Source: Rhynchobatus australiae (taxonomy: Eukaryota). Taken from it: a DNA stretch of 57,949 nt. The stretch lies in contig JAUZTB010000027.1 in the NCBI GenBank assembly GCA_034780895.1, positions 27,093,243 through 27,151,191 on the forward strand. The letters run 5' to 3'. Both the position numbers and the translations under genes were made by a program. Positions 37,501 through 49,413 of this stretch are shown piece after piece. How positions within the stretch are numbered: the stretch's first letter is position 1; each line of letters begins with the position of its first letter. Below the pieces are notes generated by a model, which was not told the DNA's origin, ran no database searches, and was given only the letters and a program-made list of their open reading frames with translations.

Positions 37501-39789
37501 NNNNNNNNNNNNNNNNNNNNNNNNNNNNNNNATATATGAATTTAGATGCCTTTACGATCTGGGCACAAACAAGTAATGTTGCTGAAAGCAGTGTGAAATT
37601 TTGGCTGTGACTTGTGCATGGAACTACAATGTGCCCAAGTCTTTTTGATCTTTTATGCTTGAACAGATCTCCGCCAAAACACTGCCCATGCCCATTGCTC
37701 TTCAATGTGAATGTTCTTCGATTGTATAAGTCTGGAGATCTCTCAGCATTGTTGCTGATTTTTCAGACACAACAGGAAACAACAACATTTTTCTGATCTT
37801 TCCTTTGTGGATTTTTTCAAACATTTTAAAATTTAGTCTCACTTATTTTATCTATATTAATTTACATTGTGGTCCATGTTTCAAACATAAGACTAAAACC
37901 AAGTTTCTACTACTTGGTGTTGTACATTTATTGTAAAGGGATCTATCTTTTCTGTCAGGCTTATAAGTTGATATACTCAAATGGGAATCCCCCAATTATC
38001 TTTAAAGGTGGAAGAGCCAAAGTTAGTCCAGCCACTCATCTTTAACCATAATTATCAGTCTCACAGCTTATCCCTCCAAAATCCCCAATGTTTACATGTC
38101 ACCACCTTGTCTCATCACTAAACAAGGCACAAATAATTCCGATGTAATATGGTCCAAAGTAACATGAAAGCTGCACAATGGATGCCAGCAGAAGAATCCA
38201 CTTCCTGGCTTCTTTCCTTAACTAAGAATAATAAAATTGCTAATAATTTTAACAGTATTCATTAAAATATAATTAAACAGTGAAGCTAAAATAATTAACT
38301 TTTTTGTTAATTAAACATTAAAGACACTAAATAATAATGGTACATAATTCAAAAAAATCAGAAGACATGCTTTATCTAACAGTACGATCTAGTTAGAATA
38401 CATCTTAATGATGCTACACCTGGAGAACAGCACTTAACAGAATGGGAATCATAACAATAACTTTAAATTGACCCTTCCTTATTTTANNNNNNNNNNNNNN
38501 NNNNNNNNNNNNNNNNNNNNNNNNNNNNNNNNNNNNNNNNNNNNNNNNNNNNNNNNNNNNNNNNNNNNNNNNNNNNNNNNNNNNNNNNNNNNNNNNNNNN
38601 NNNNNNNNNNNNNNNNNNNNNNNNNNNNNNNNNNNNNNNNNNNNNNNNNNNNNNNNNNNNNNNNNNNNNNNNNNNNNNNNNNNNNNNNNNNNNNNNNNNN
38701 NNNNNNNNNNNNNNNNNNNNNNNNNNNNNNNNNNNNNNNNNNNNNNNNNNNNNNNNNNNNCTAGACCCGGGTCATAGCACTTTTATTTTCCAAGACATAG
38801 GCTCAAAGAAGCAACACAGTAATTTGTGTAGCAGTAAATCTATATTCTATTGTAGAGCAAGAGAGGCCAAATATTTATCACTATCTCTAAAAATCTGTTT
38901 GTAACTGTTGTTTGCTCAGTTCTGGTGATGATTGAAATGTGAATTACTTTTGGAGTTATCCCTCACTCTAAGCTGTATACATATGAGTAGGTGAAACAGG
39001 ACCAAAAGCTCCCTGAATAAACAATAAACTAAAACTAAATTCTTGTGCACATTTCTGCCCAGGATCACAGAGACATACTTGTAATTCAAACTTTTGTTTT
39101 CTATTTGAAATTATAAACATTCCATACAGTAGTTGATTAAAAACCTAAACTTTAATGTCAGTGGTGAACCAATGATATTCACCATAAACCAAGAAGAAAG
39201 CTGCCCACAAAGATCTTTGTAGCTTTCCTTTTCCCAGTGATGGTTCCTGTCAGCTCCAGTGGGTGCCTGGTGTACTGTAACAGTGATGTTATTAAGTAGG
39301 CTGAGCAGCCAATCACACTAAAGAATTCTCATGGACGGCAAGTTAGGCAGTAAAAAGCACAACTTTTTAAATATGCAAAATATAAAATAAGATTTGAAAT
39401 GTGCACAAGGTTAAGATAGCAAATTAAGTAGTCTAAAATAAAGACATGAAAAGATGAATTTCTGTTGTTTAAAAATGAAATAGTTATCTAAGGGAATGGC
39501 AAATTCATACATGGGATCAGTTGTTTAAGTTCAGCAAGATTATTAAGCAATGATTATGGCTCAGTATCAGTATACTGTTAAAGATTCAGTTACACCTCTG
39601 CAGATAAGTGTTAAATTTTCAGGAAGTTTTTCACAGCAAGCCTGATTTGTAAATACCATGGTCTAGAAACAGGGTGCGGAGGCCATGCCAATTTTGTATG
39701 AAGATTCTGAGCTGCAGCATTCTACAGTGCGTGAAATCCAAGTTGTTGTGTTTGGTAGAGTGGACCTTAGACGTGCAGACACGAATAAA

Positions 39790-40680
39790 GACATTGGGCA
39801 ACCACACGAGGAGGAGTTGAGGACATGATTGAGAGATGTTGCATATTTGGGAAAGCCAGCCTTATCTCTGAACAAGAGCTGTTTCAATATTCAAGGTTCA
39901 TGCCATTCATGGGCTATATTAGATCAAAAACAAGTAATGTATGCTGTCTGAGGACACAGAACATGGCCTACAACTTCTGGGCATTGAATAAAATAAAAAT
40001 TATTTAACTAATTAAATAAAAATTAGTCANNNNNNNNNNNNNNNNNNNNNNNNNNNNNNNNNNNNNNNNNNNNNNNNNNNNNNNNNNNNNNNNNNNNNNN
40101 NNNNNNNNNNNNNNNNNNNNNNNNNNNNNGTCATGAGCTACCAACTGACAGTGTCCTGTCACATTTCACCAATTCAGGTCAATGTCACCTTTGGAGCCAA
40201 AGTGCAAAGTATCATGATTCCCTGGTTTAAACTGGGAGATGGTATCTCTGAAGAGGAAGCTTGAATGGCACTGGTTTTGATAGCTAGTATTGAACAGGTG
40301 AAATTTTAGGAATCCTTCATTCTTTTTCTCTAGTGCCCCTGACAATTGGGAAAATAAGAAATAAGGAATGTCCATTGCACAGAGTCCACCAAATGCCAAA
40401 AGTCAACGGTTCCATGTATTTGGGAAACATGATGCTTTCTGAGTAAGTCCACCTCTGAAAGTGCTAGTTGGTTTCTAATGTCTCTTTGATACAGTGATTG
40501 AATCATCATCAGGTTTGCTTCAATGCTCTTACATAATCCCCCGGTGATATTCTCTACCTTGAGATGTTATGGCACTTTGGCCTGAGTTTCAAATTGCTAC
40601 ACTGCAGTTGGATTATTCTAAAATTGAATGTATTATTGATACATCTTGCATGTGAAAGAGGAGAAACCTAGTAAAGATAT
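39790..40680 (+). mobile_element. Possible PIF/Harbinger DDE transposase relic
   Basis: Ordered weak motifs: ISEQELFQYSRF (~39865), ..HDS (~40215), LGDG/LKRKL (~40235-40260, resembling LGD.GYPL..WLMTP), and VIESSSGLL (~40493, resembling VIE..IGLLK). Many frameshifts and a gap. Confidence 0.35.
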
Positions 40681-42345
40681 CAGTGACCATTGGTCCCAAA
40701 GTTGCATGGTGATATTTGGATGTGATTCTGATGTAGTGGAATCAGCAAGTAGCAGGGGTTCTGCCAGAGTCAGATGCAAGTTCCACAAACTCACCGTTAC
40801 CCAAGTATGCAGGCCATACACCTCAAAAGTGTGACTTGCATACATCAAAAGGAGGACCAACTTTTCCACAATTAATTTATTTGTTAAACATTTCTACAGT
40901 CAGCTCAATGTGTCATTATATGGTGGGAGAATGAAAGTAGCTTTGAGATGTAGGAAGTTGAAGGAGCTGTAGCAGAGTAATCCACCTGCACACAAACCTG
41001 AATGTAAGTGAGTGATTACATATGAATTGCTCTTGGAGTCTGTTAATATGAGAAGGCTTTTAATTGTACCTTACACCTTGTAGGTGAGCCCCAGTGAGGT
41101 TCAGCTTTGCACAAGTTGGAATGAAAGCTTTGTGAAAGCTTGACACAGCTGCGCACAAAATGTCAAATAATTTAGCTGCTAACATTTGATGATGTGCATT
41201 TGTGGGCTCTCTGCTGCAACAATAAACAATGCTTTTATTTAGCAGCTTCAATGCAAAAACAAAATATAGCAGTTGTTAAATACATGAGATGCCTGATAAA
41301 TAATCTTGCAGGATTCTTCCATTCATGCTATTTGTAAATGCATCTAATCTCAGTGCAGCACAGAATATTTATCCCAGATATGAGGGTACTGCCTAGAANN
41401 NNNNNNNNNNNNNNNNNNNNNNNNNNNNNNNNNNNNNNNNNNNNNNNNNNNNNNNNNNNNNNNNNNNNNNNNNNNNNNNNNNNNNNNNNNNNNNNNNNNN
41501 NNNNNNNNNNNNNNNNNNNNNNNNNNNNNNNNNNNNNNNNNNNNNNNNNNNNNNNNNNNNNNNNNNNNNNNNNNNNNNNNNNNNNNNNNNNNNNNNNNNN
41601 NNNNNNNNNNNNNNNNNNNNNNNNNNNNNNNNNNNNNNNNNNNNNNNNNNNNNNNNNNNNNNNNNNNNNNNNNNNNNNNNNNNNNNNNNNNNNNNNNNNN
41701 NNNNNNNNNNNNNNNNNNNNNNNNNNNNNNNNNNNNNNNNNNNNNNNNNNNNNNNNNNNNNNNNNNNNNNNNNNNNNNNNNNNNNNNNNNNNNNNNNNNN
41801 NNNNNNNNNNNNNNNNNNNNNNNNNNNNNNNNNNNNNNNNNNNNNNNNNNNNNNNNNNNNNNNNNNNNNNNNNNNNNNNNNNNNNNNNNNNNNNNNNNNN
41901 NNNNNNNNNNNNNNNNNNNNNNNNNNNNNNNNNNNNNNNNNNNNNNNNNNNNNNNNNNNNNNNNNNNNNNNNNNNNNNNNNNNNNNNNNNNNNNNNNNNN
42001 NNNNNNNNNNNNNNNNNNNNNNNNNNNNNNNNNNNNNNNNNNNNNNNNNNNNNNNNNNNNNNNNNNNNNNNNNNNNNNNNNNNNNNNNNNNNNNNNNNNN
42101 NNNNNNNNNNNNNNNNNNNNNNNNNNNNNNNNNNNNNNNNNNNNNNNNNNNNNNNNNNNNNNNNNNNNNNNNNNNNNNNNNNNNNNNNNNNNNNNNNNNN
42201 NNNNNNNNNNNNNNNNNNNNNNNNNNNNNNNNNNNNNNNNNNNNNNNNNNNNNNNNNNNNNNNNNNNNNNNNNNNNNNNNNNNNNNNNNNNNNNNNNNNN
42301 NNNNNNNNNNNNNNNNNNNNNNNNNNNNNNNNNNNNNNNNNNNNN

Positions 42346-43110
42346 GTGGTATATGTGGGTTTCCAGAATGTTTTCAATGAAGTTGCATATAGGACATTGG
42401 TGAGTAAAGTTAGGGCACATGGAATTGGGGTTAATAAGCTAGTGTGAGAGTTGATTAATAGATAGAAAAGAAAGAGTAGGAATAAATGGGTCCTTCTCAG
42501 GTTGGTAGGCTGTGACTAGTGGGGCATTGCTAGGAACAGAGCTTGGACATTGACTATTCACAATCAGCATCAATGATTTGGCTGAGAGTACCAAGGTTCC
42601 AAGTTTGCTGATAGTGCAAAACTAAGAAAGTAAGAATAATAATGAGGATGCAAAGAGGTTTCATAGGAATGTAGACAAGGTGAGTGATTGTGCAACAACA
42701 TGGCAAATCAAGTGTAATGCAGAAAAAATTATGAAGTTATTCACTTTGGTAGAAAAGAAACTGAAATGCTGAGTAGTTTTTAAAATGGTGAGAGATTGGA
42801 AAATGTTGACATTCAAAGGAACCTGGATACCTAAGCTACTGAAAGCTGACATGTAGGTACTGCAGGCAACTTATTGCAAGAAATTTTGAATATAATAGTA
42901 AAGATGTCTTACTCCAATGATTTGGGAATTGGTGAGACAGCACCTGGAGTATTATATGCAATTTTGTTCACCTTATTTAAGGAAACATATACTTGATATA
43001 GAGGAAGTCCAGCAAAGATTCACCAGTCATCTTCTTGGGATGGCCAGTCTGTCATGGGGAGAGTGATTGAGTAGCCTTCTTTAGAAATTAGAAAAATGGG
43101 AGGTGACATA
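42346..43110 (+). mobile_element. CR1 LINE ORF2 fragment (RT onward)
   Basis: VVYVGFQNVFNEVAYRTLVSKVRAHGI, VTSG, KFADSAKL and LVRQHLEYYMQFCSPYLRKHI. Confidence 0.85.
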
Positions 43111-43770
43111 ATATTTCTACCTATTTAAACCTACACTCCCTGTTTTGGATTAATTGGCTACAGGAACTAGGTCCTTCCTACTTATTCTATCCGAACCTTT
43201 CGTAAATATATATATTTCAAATAAATCTCCTCTCAATCATTTCTATCCCAAAGAAAACATTCCTAGCTGATCAATATTTCCTCAAAGTCACAATTTTCTG
43301 TTTTCAAAGCCTTATAAATCTCCTCTCCAGTGCAGTCATATCTTTCCTGTTATCTGGTGACCAGAACTATCTATAATACTCAAACTGTTGTCTTACTAGC
43401 GTTGTATATAGCTTTAACATTACCTCTCAGCTCTTATATTCTGTGCCTCAACTAATACATGCTAGAATGGCATATGCCTTTTTAATTACCTTTTAACTTG
43501 TTCTACTATCTTTAGCAATCTATAGATGCACACTCCAAGATCTCTTCTTCCTCCACACCATTCAACATCGTCCCATTTATCATACATTCCCTTGCTTTGT
43601 TGCACCTCCCTGAATGAATTACCTCAAATTTCTCTAGATTAAATTCCATTTTGCCATTTTTCTATCCCATTGGCTAAGCTGCCTACATCTTTCTACCATT
43701 CAAAGCTTTCATATCCGCTGTTAATCACAATGCTGATATCTGTTATTTGAAAATGTTTTTGTCATGCCTC
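43110..43770 (-). mobile_element. CR1 LINE ORF2 fragment, inverted relative to its neighbour
   Basis: Minus strand LYTTLVRQQFEYYR*FWSPDNRKDMTALER and WNLI*RNLR (WQM.FN..KC region). Confidence 0.75.
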
Positions 43771-46451
43771 TCTATGTTCTTATAGAAATTGAAACAATAT
43801 TTACTCCACTGATACATTTGCCTTTAAGATTCCATTTTATCTTTTAACTTGATCCCCTTCATATATGATTCATTTTGTTGACACTGCACAGCATTTAAGC
43901 AGCATGACAGATACGGATAAATATTACAATAAGGTATCTTTTAAAAAAAAAATGGACAGTTAGCTCAGTGGTTTGCCAGCTGTTCTTTCAAACATATTGG
44001 AAAAGTCTAAACTGAACCTGGAATGGAAAATCTGCCATTATCTGGTGTTCTCATTCAGATAGTCCATTAGGAGAGTGAATAGAAAAATATTACAGTCTTC
44101 TGATGTGTCCTTCTGAGGATGTGAATTACACATATATTTGAAGAGGGTGTAAAGGAGTCTTGCTTTGCATTCAACCCACATCATTTCTGAACTGGATGAC
44201 ATTATGGCAAAAGGTATAACTATTCCTAATATTGATATGCTTCATTCTGATCAGTATACCAATTCAGCCAAAAATAATATACATTTAAAAACAAAGTATT
44301 ATTATTCAATCTGTCATTACTAAGGTTTATCCTAAGGAATGGATACTGATGCACTGGTGGAAGTATAACCATGCTGTACGCAGATATCAGAGGAAATCAG
44401 TTCTGCAGCTGCGTATCATGGTCCCTTCCATGTAACAGTGACAATTGGTCATCTACTAACATGAAAAGGAATTCCTCAAGTTCTATGGTGTTACATTAAA
44501 GCATTCCTTTTCAGAAAGATATGCTTCCTCATTCAGAAAATCAGGCAAAGGTTGCTAAACTTGATGTGACAAGAAAAAGATATTTTTTTCGAATGCTTCC
44601 ACAATATCCTTTTCTGATACTGAAGTGAACTGTTATGACACAGATGCCTCGGATACCTCAATAAAAAATTTTGCTGAAAGTAATGAAATTGAACTGACTC
44701 CTCTGGAAATGTTTTCACTGCCAAGAATGGTCGTACGAAGGAAGGGAAAGATTTACAAACATTCTAATACTAATCAGCTCAGTCTTATTAGATTTATATT
44801 TTTTTCAATCTTCTGAGGAAGGATTGACAGAATTCAGCAAGCGCAGTGTGATGATATAATGACAACGGTTGTTACAAGAAATACCCTGCGGCAACTGAAT
44901 CAGAACTTGGAACACAACTGAATAAATAATTCTTAAACCTACTGGGTGAAAATGGGTTTTTGTAAATATGCCCCATTTACAATAGCAAATGAAAGATGCG
45001 AGGGTGCTCTATAGAGAATGCAGACTGGAGGAATTTCATCCCTTGTGATTTCACCCATTAACTTGCTGAACTTATTCTTAATACCTTGATGATGATGAAT
45101 GAAGAATAATTCATTTTTACAGCAAAATGAAAGATTTACTTCATTCATCATCTTAGTGCTTAACACACTTTCTTCTGTCAATGAGCAACTAAATATGCAA
45201 CAAAATTTTAAAAATACATGTAAAATGTCATTAAGTATACCAATCTCTGTTAAAATGAAATTATATTAAATGCATTCCTTAATGATAACATAACATAGCC
45301 CAATGCTAAAGGTTAATGTTTGGAAAGAGTATTTTAGCTAAACTTTTTACTGTAAATAGGATTACACATTTTCTTTAATAAGCTTCTCAAAGTACAATTA
45401 AAGGAGAAGCTTGCATATGTTCATCCTGAAACAGTCCTATTCACATTGTCATGAGATGTGGCAGGAAGGATGTCATGATGGAGTGCAAAGTTGATGTGAT
45501 TACTGTGTGCCAATAATATGCAATAGCAGTCTTAATTTCAGTTTCAGCAATACAACTTGATCCTGGCTTTTTTTAAATCATNNNNNNNNNNNNNNNNNNN
45601 NNNNNNNNNNNNNNNNNNNNNNNNNNNNNNNNNNNNNNNNNNNNNNNNNNNNNNNNNNNNNNNNNNNNNNNNNNNNNNNNNNNNNNNNNNNNNNNNNNNN
45701 NNNNNNNNNNNNNNNNNNNNNNNNNNNNNNNNNNNNNNNNNNNNNNNNNNNNNNNNNNNNNNNNNNNNNNNNNNNNNNNNNNNNNNNNNNNNNNNNNNNN
45801 NNNNNNNNNNNNNNNNNNNNNNNNNNNNNNNNNNNNNNNNNNNNNNNNNNNNNNNNNNNNNNNNNNNNNNNNNNNNNNNNNNNNNNNNNNNNNNNNNNNN
45901 NNNNNNNNNNNNNNNNNNNNNNNNNNNNNNNNNNNNNNNNNNNNNNNNNNNNNNNNNNNNNNNNNNNNNNNNNNNNNNNNNNNNNNNNNNNNNNNNNNNN
46001 NNNNNNNNNNNNNNNNNNNNNNNNNNNNNNNNNNNNNNNNNNNNNNNNNNNNGGCAAGCAGATTGCAACCAGACTTCTGCAAGCACCAGTCTTGAGCCAG
46101 CTGCTTAGAGAGTCCAGAGTGCAACATGGACACAGGTGACACAGACACCAATCTTTACCCTCTGTCCCAATGGAAAAGTGTTTTGTTTCCTTTCAACATT
46201 TCCCCAGTGACGCAGCTGAGACCAGTAACATGCCAAGGCAAAATGGGAAATCAAATCGCATCAGTGAACTGTGCCATTGAACTGCCTCATGTACTCTACA
46301 CAAATGTTAACTACTAGAGAGGCATAACAAGAAAAAGTGTGTTAACAGCAAGCATTCACTGGTCTGAAGTTAAAGCATTCAAACTTAACCACAGCAGTTG
46401 GAGATCTTAAATGCACGTAATTAAATACATTCTTTAATTGCAGTATCAGCA

Positions 46452-46662
46452 ATGACCAAAAAAACTACTGGACTGTTGTAGGAACACAATCTGTTCACTA
46501 AAGTCTTTGAGGGAAGGAAGTCTGCCATCCTTAGCCAGTGTGACTTATATGAGTCCAGATCGACATCAATGTGGTTGATTCAGTTATCCTCTTAATGGCC
46601 AATTAGTTCAAGGTCAATTAGGATAGGCAAAAGATACTGCCAGAGATGAATGATAGAAAAAT
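46452..46662 (+). mobile_element. SINE fragment sharing a 3' tail with the Crack-like LINE
   Basis: GTTCACTAAAGTCTTTGAGGGAAGGAAGTCTGCCATCCTTAGCC...AATGTGGTTGA, ending AAGGTCAATTAGGATAGGCAAAAGATACTGCC, similar to the LINE tail at 34055-34100. Confidence 0.55.
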
Positions 46663-48277
46663 GCTGTCTACCACATCAATACCCTCAAGATTTTCACAAC
46701 TTTTAAGAACTCCAAAATGGTACCAACATTCTAGCACAATTCCAACAACAACCAGTAGAAATCAAATNNNNNNNNNNNNNNNNNNNNNNNNNNNNNNNNN
46801 NNNNNNNNNNNNNNNNNNNNNNNNNNNNNNNNNNNNNNNNNNNNNNNNNNNNNNNNNNNNNNNNNNNCACCAGTAGAAATCAAATAACAACTAACCTGTG
46901 AGGAGTTGATGAGCCCTTTAAATAAGACTTTCAGTGTACTGTTAAACATATGCTCAGATGTGCAAGGTTACGAGAGGTGTTGGCAGGAGCACTGAGCTCC
47001 AACGCAGCACATGCTTATGGTGGTATCAATATAGTGGCTAGCATGACTCACATGTCACACCTATCACCTCTCTGGAACTAATTCACCACCCATAATGCCC
47101 ATACAACAAAAACATAATTTTGTGGTTGTTTTCTCTGTTTACTCAATATTACTCACTGTGATAGGAGATAATGCAGAAGCAATGTAGCTCTTGGGACTGA
47201 GACTTTGCAATAACCACTAACATGAGAGAACTGATGGAGGCACCAAGAAGTAAATTGCTATTATCTCCCCAGACAGCAGAGAAAAGGAGGGCCAGTTCAA
47301 AGCATGAATTACTTGAGAGGTTTGAGGGGGGGGGGGAATTGGAAGATGTGCACTACAATTGGCAAATTGATTTCTGGTCTCTATGTTANNNNNNNNNNNN
47401 NNNNNNNNNNNNNNNNNNNNNNNNNNNNNNNNNNNNNNNNNNNNNNNNNNNNNNNNNNNNNNNNNNNNNNNNNNNNNNNNNNNNNNNNNNNNNNNNNNNN
47501 NNNNNNNNNNNNNNNNNNNNNNNNNNNNNNNNNNNNNNNNNNNNNNNNNNNNNNNNNNNNNNNNNNNNNNNNNNNNNNNNNNNNNNNNNNNNNNNNNNNN
47601 NNNNNNNNNNNNNNNNNNNNNNNNNNNNNNNNNNNNNNNNNNNNNNNNNNNNNNNNNNNNNNNNNNNNNNNNNNNNNNNNNNNNNNNNNNNNNNNNNNNN
47701 NNNNNNNNNNNNNNNNNNNGAGGGCAACGCACAACCAGGGGGGTGAGGGGGGGGGGGGGGGTGTAGTTGGGAGATAAAGATACACATCACTAAAAGCAAA
47801 AGCAGAGGTTATAGACTCATTTCCAGCAGACAGAATTGAAAAAAGTACAGTTTGCTGAAATTATACAGAAACTTTAGATCTCAATTAGAGATTTTCTTTC
47901 CTATGATGCTCTTCCTGGGATTATCAAGCATGTACTCAAAGCCTTCTTCAAAAAAATCTAATACTCCTCCTGGTTCCTGGGAAAACCTGGGCTAGTGGAG
48001 AATGAGTATTTGGGAGGGCACTGAGAATGGCAATGCATCAGGTGCACACAGATATTCAACATAAATGGCAGATGGAATGGGCCATCACACAAATTTCCTA
48101 CTGGCTTGTCCCATCAGGCACCTTCTGCCCCATCTGTATAAGAGTCTTGCACATCAGACTCACCAGTCACTCAGAAACCACAAAATCAGAGTGGAGGCAA
48201 GTCATTTATGATCCTCGGAAGAAAGGAAATAATGTGAATAATTCTCACCTCANNNNNNNNNNNNNNNNNNNNNNNNN

Positions 48278-48665
48278 ATGCAGAAAAGATTTATCAGAAT
48301 GATACCAGAAATAAGAGAATATAAGTATCAGGAAAGATAGAAAAATCTGGCAATCTTTTCAAAACTGGAAGGACTTGAGAAAAGTTAATGTAGATCTCTA
48401 AGATACAATACAATAAATATAGAGGTGGTGTTTCTGCTTGAAAGTAAGTTCAGAATCAGGTGCCATAGAATGTGGAACTTGCTATGATACTGAAAATGAA
48501 TGGAATGGGGAAATCTAGATAAGCACATAGAGAAGGAAGTGGGAAGACCATGATTACTAGGATTAGATAAAGTCAGATGGAATGAGATCCACTGTGAAGG
48601 ATAATCAATTGACAAGAACCTGTTGGCCAATGGACTTCCTTCTCTACATTGGAGACTATGTAAAA
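48278..48665 (+). mobile_element. CR1 LINE 3' end, decayed
   Basis: MQKRFIRMIPEIREYKYQER (QRRF.R.IP.L...Y.ER motif) and tail ACCTGTTGGCCAATGGACTTCCTTCT. Confidence 0.65.
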
Positions 48666-49264
48666 CCTTAGAAAGAAAAACAGAAAATGGACGGCAACTT
48701 TAATATCTCAAGTCCTGCAAGAGAACTGGAGGAAAGCTCGGGTGATGGTTACATTGAAGCAGGGGTGGATTAATTCTTCTTAAGTGTTGATGCCCTTTAG
48801 CACATGAACTATACTTATAAACTTCAGAAGTGGATCATTCTGTAAAAAGTAGACTTTAATAGCCCCATTTCCAATATTACTATGAATAGTAGGCACACCA
48901 GGGTGGAAGGCCTCACCAAAAGAAAATCCAGTGAAAACAGGAAGACAAGTACCCAAGATGTCTTATTGCATAAGATATCCCATGAGCACTGCAAATGGGA
49001 ACAACTACTTTCTGTTGACCAAATCTGGGATCACAGAACCACAAATAACTTCACAATTTTTGTTCTTGTTCAGAACTGCATGTGCATTCAGTTTTACCTA
49101 AAAAAGTGTTACAGTTGTTTTCTCCAATGAAAGAGTAATGATGTACATTAGCAGTGAAATAATTATAATTGGTGATTGAGTGGATGCTTTGGAGCAGATG
49201 GTGATTTTTTTTTCTCTTGTACTTTACAGTTTTTGTACTTTGCCATAAATACTGTCGAGACATT

Positions 49265-49413
49265 GGGGTGAAATTCAACTTCTGCTGAGGTGCAAAAAGG
49301 ATGAGAGCTGATTGGCAGCCCACTATGTAATCTGTTCTGGCACAATGTAGAATGGGTAGTCAATCAGCTCCCTTCTATTGTGCACCACTATTGAAAGTCA
49401 ATTGCAATTCCCC
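49265..49413. mobile_element. Palindromic MITE-like element (~150 bp)
   Basis: Left GGGG..GGTGCAAAAAGGATGAGAGCTGATTGGCAGCCCA versus the reverse complement of the right arm GGGG..GGTGCACAATAGAAGGGAGCTGATTGACTACCCA. ATT immediately flanks both ends. Confidence 0.7.
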
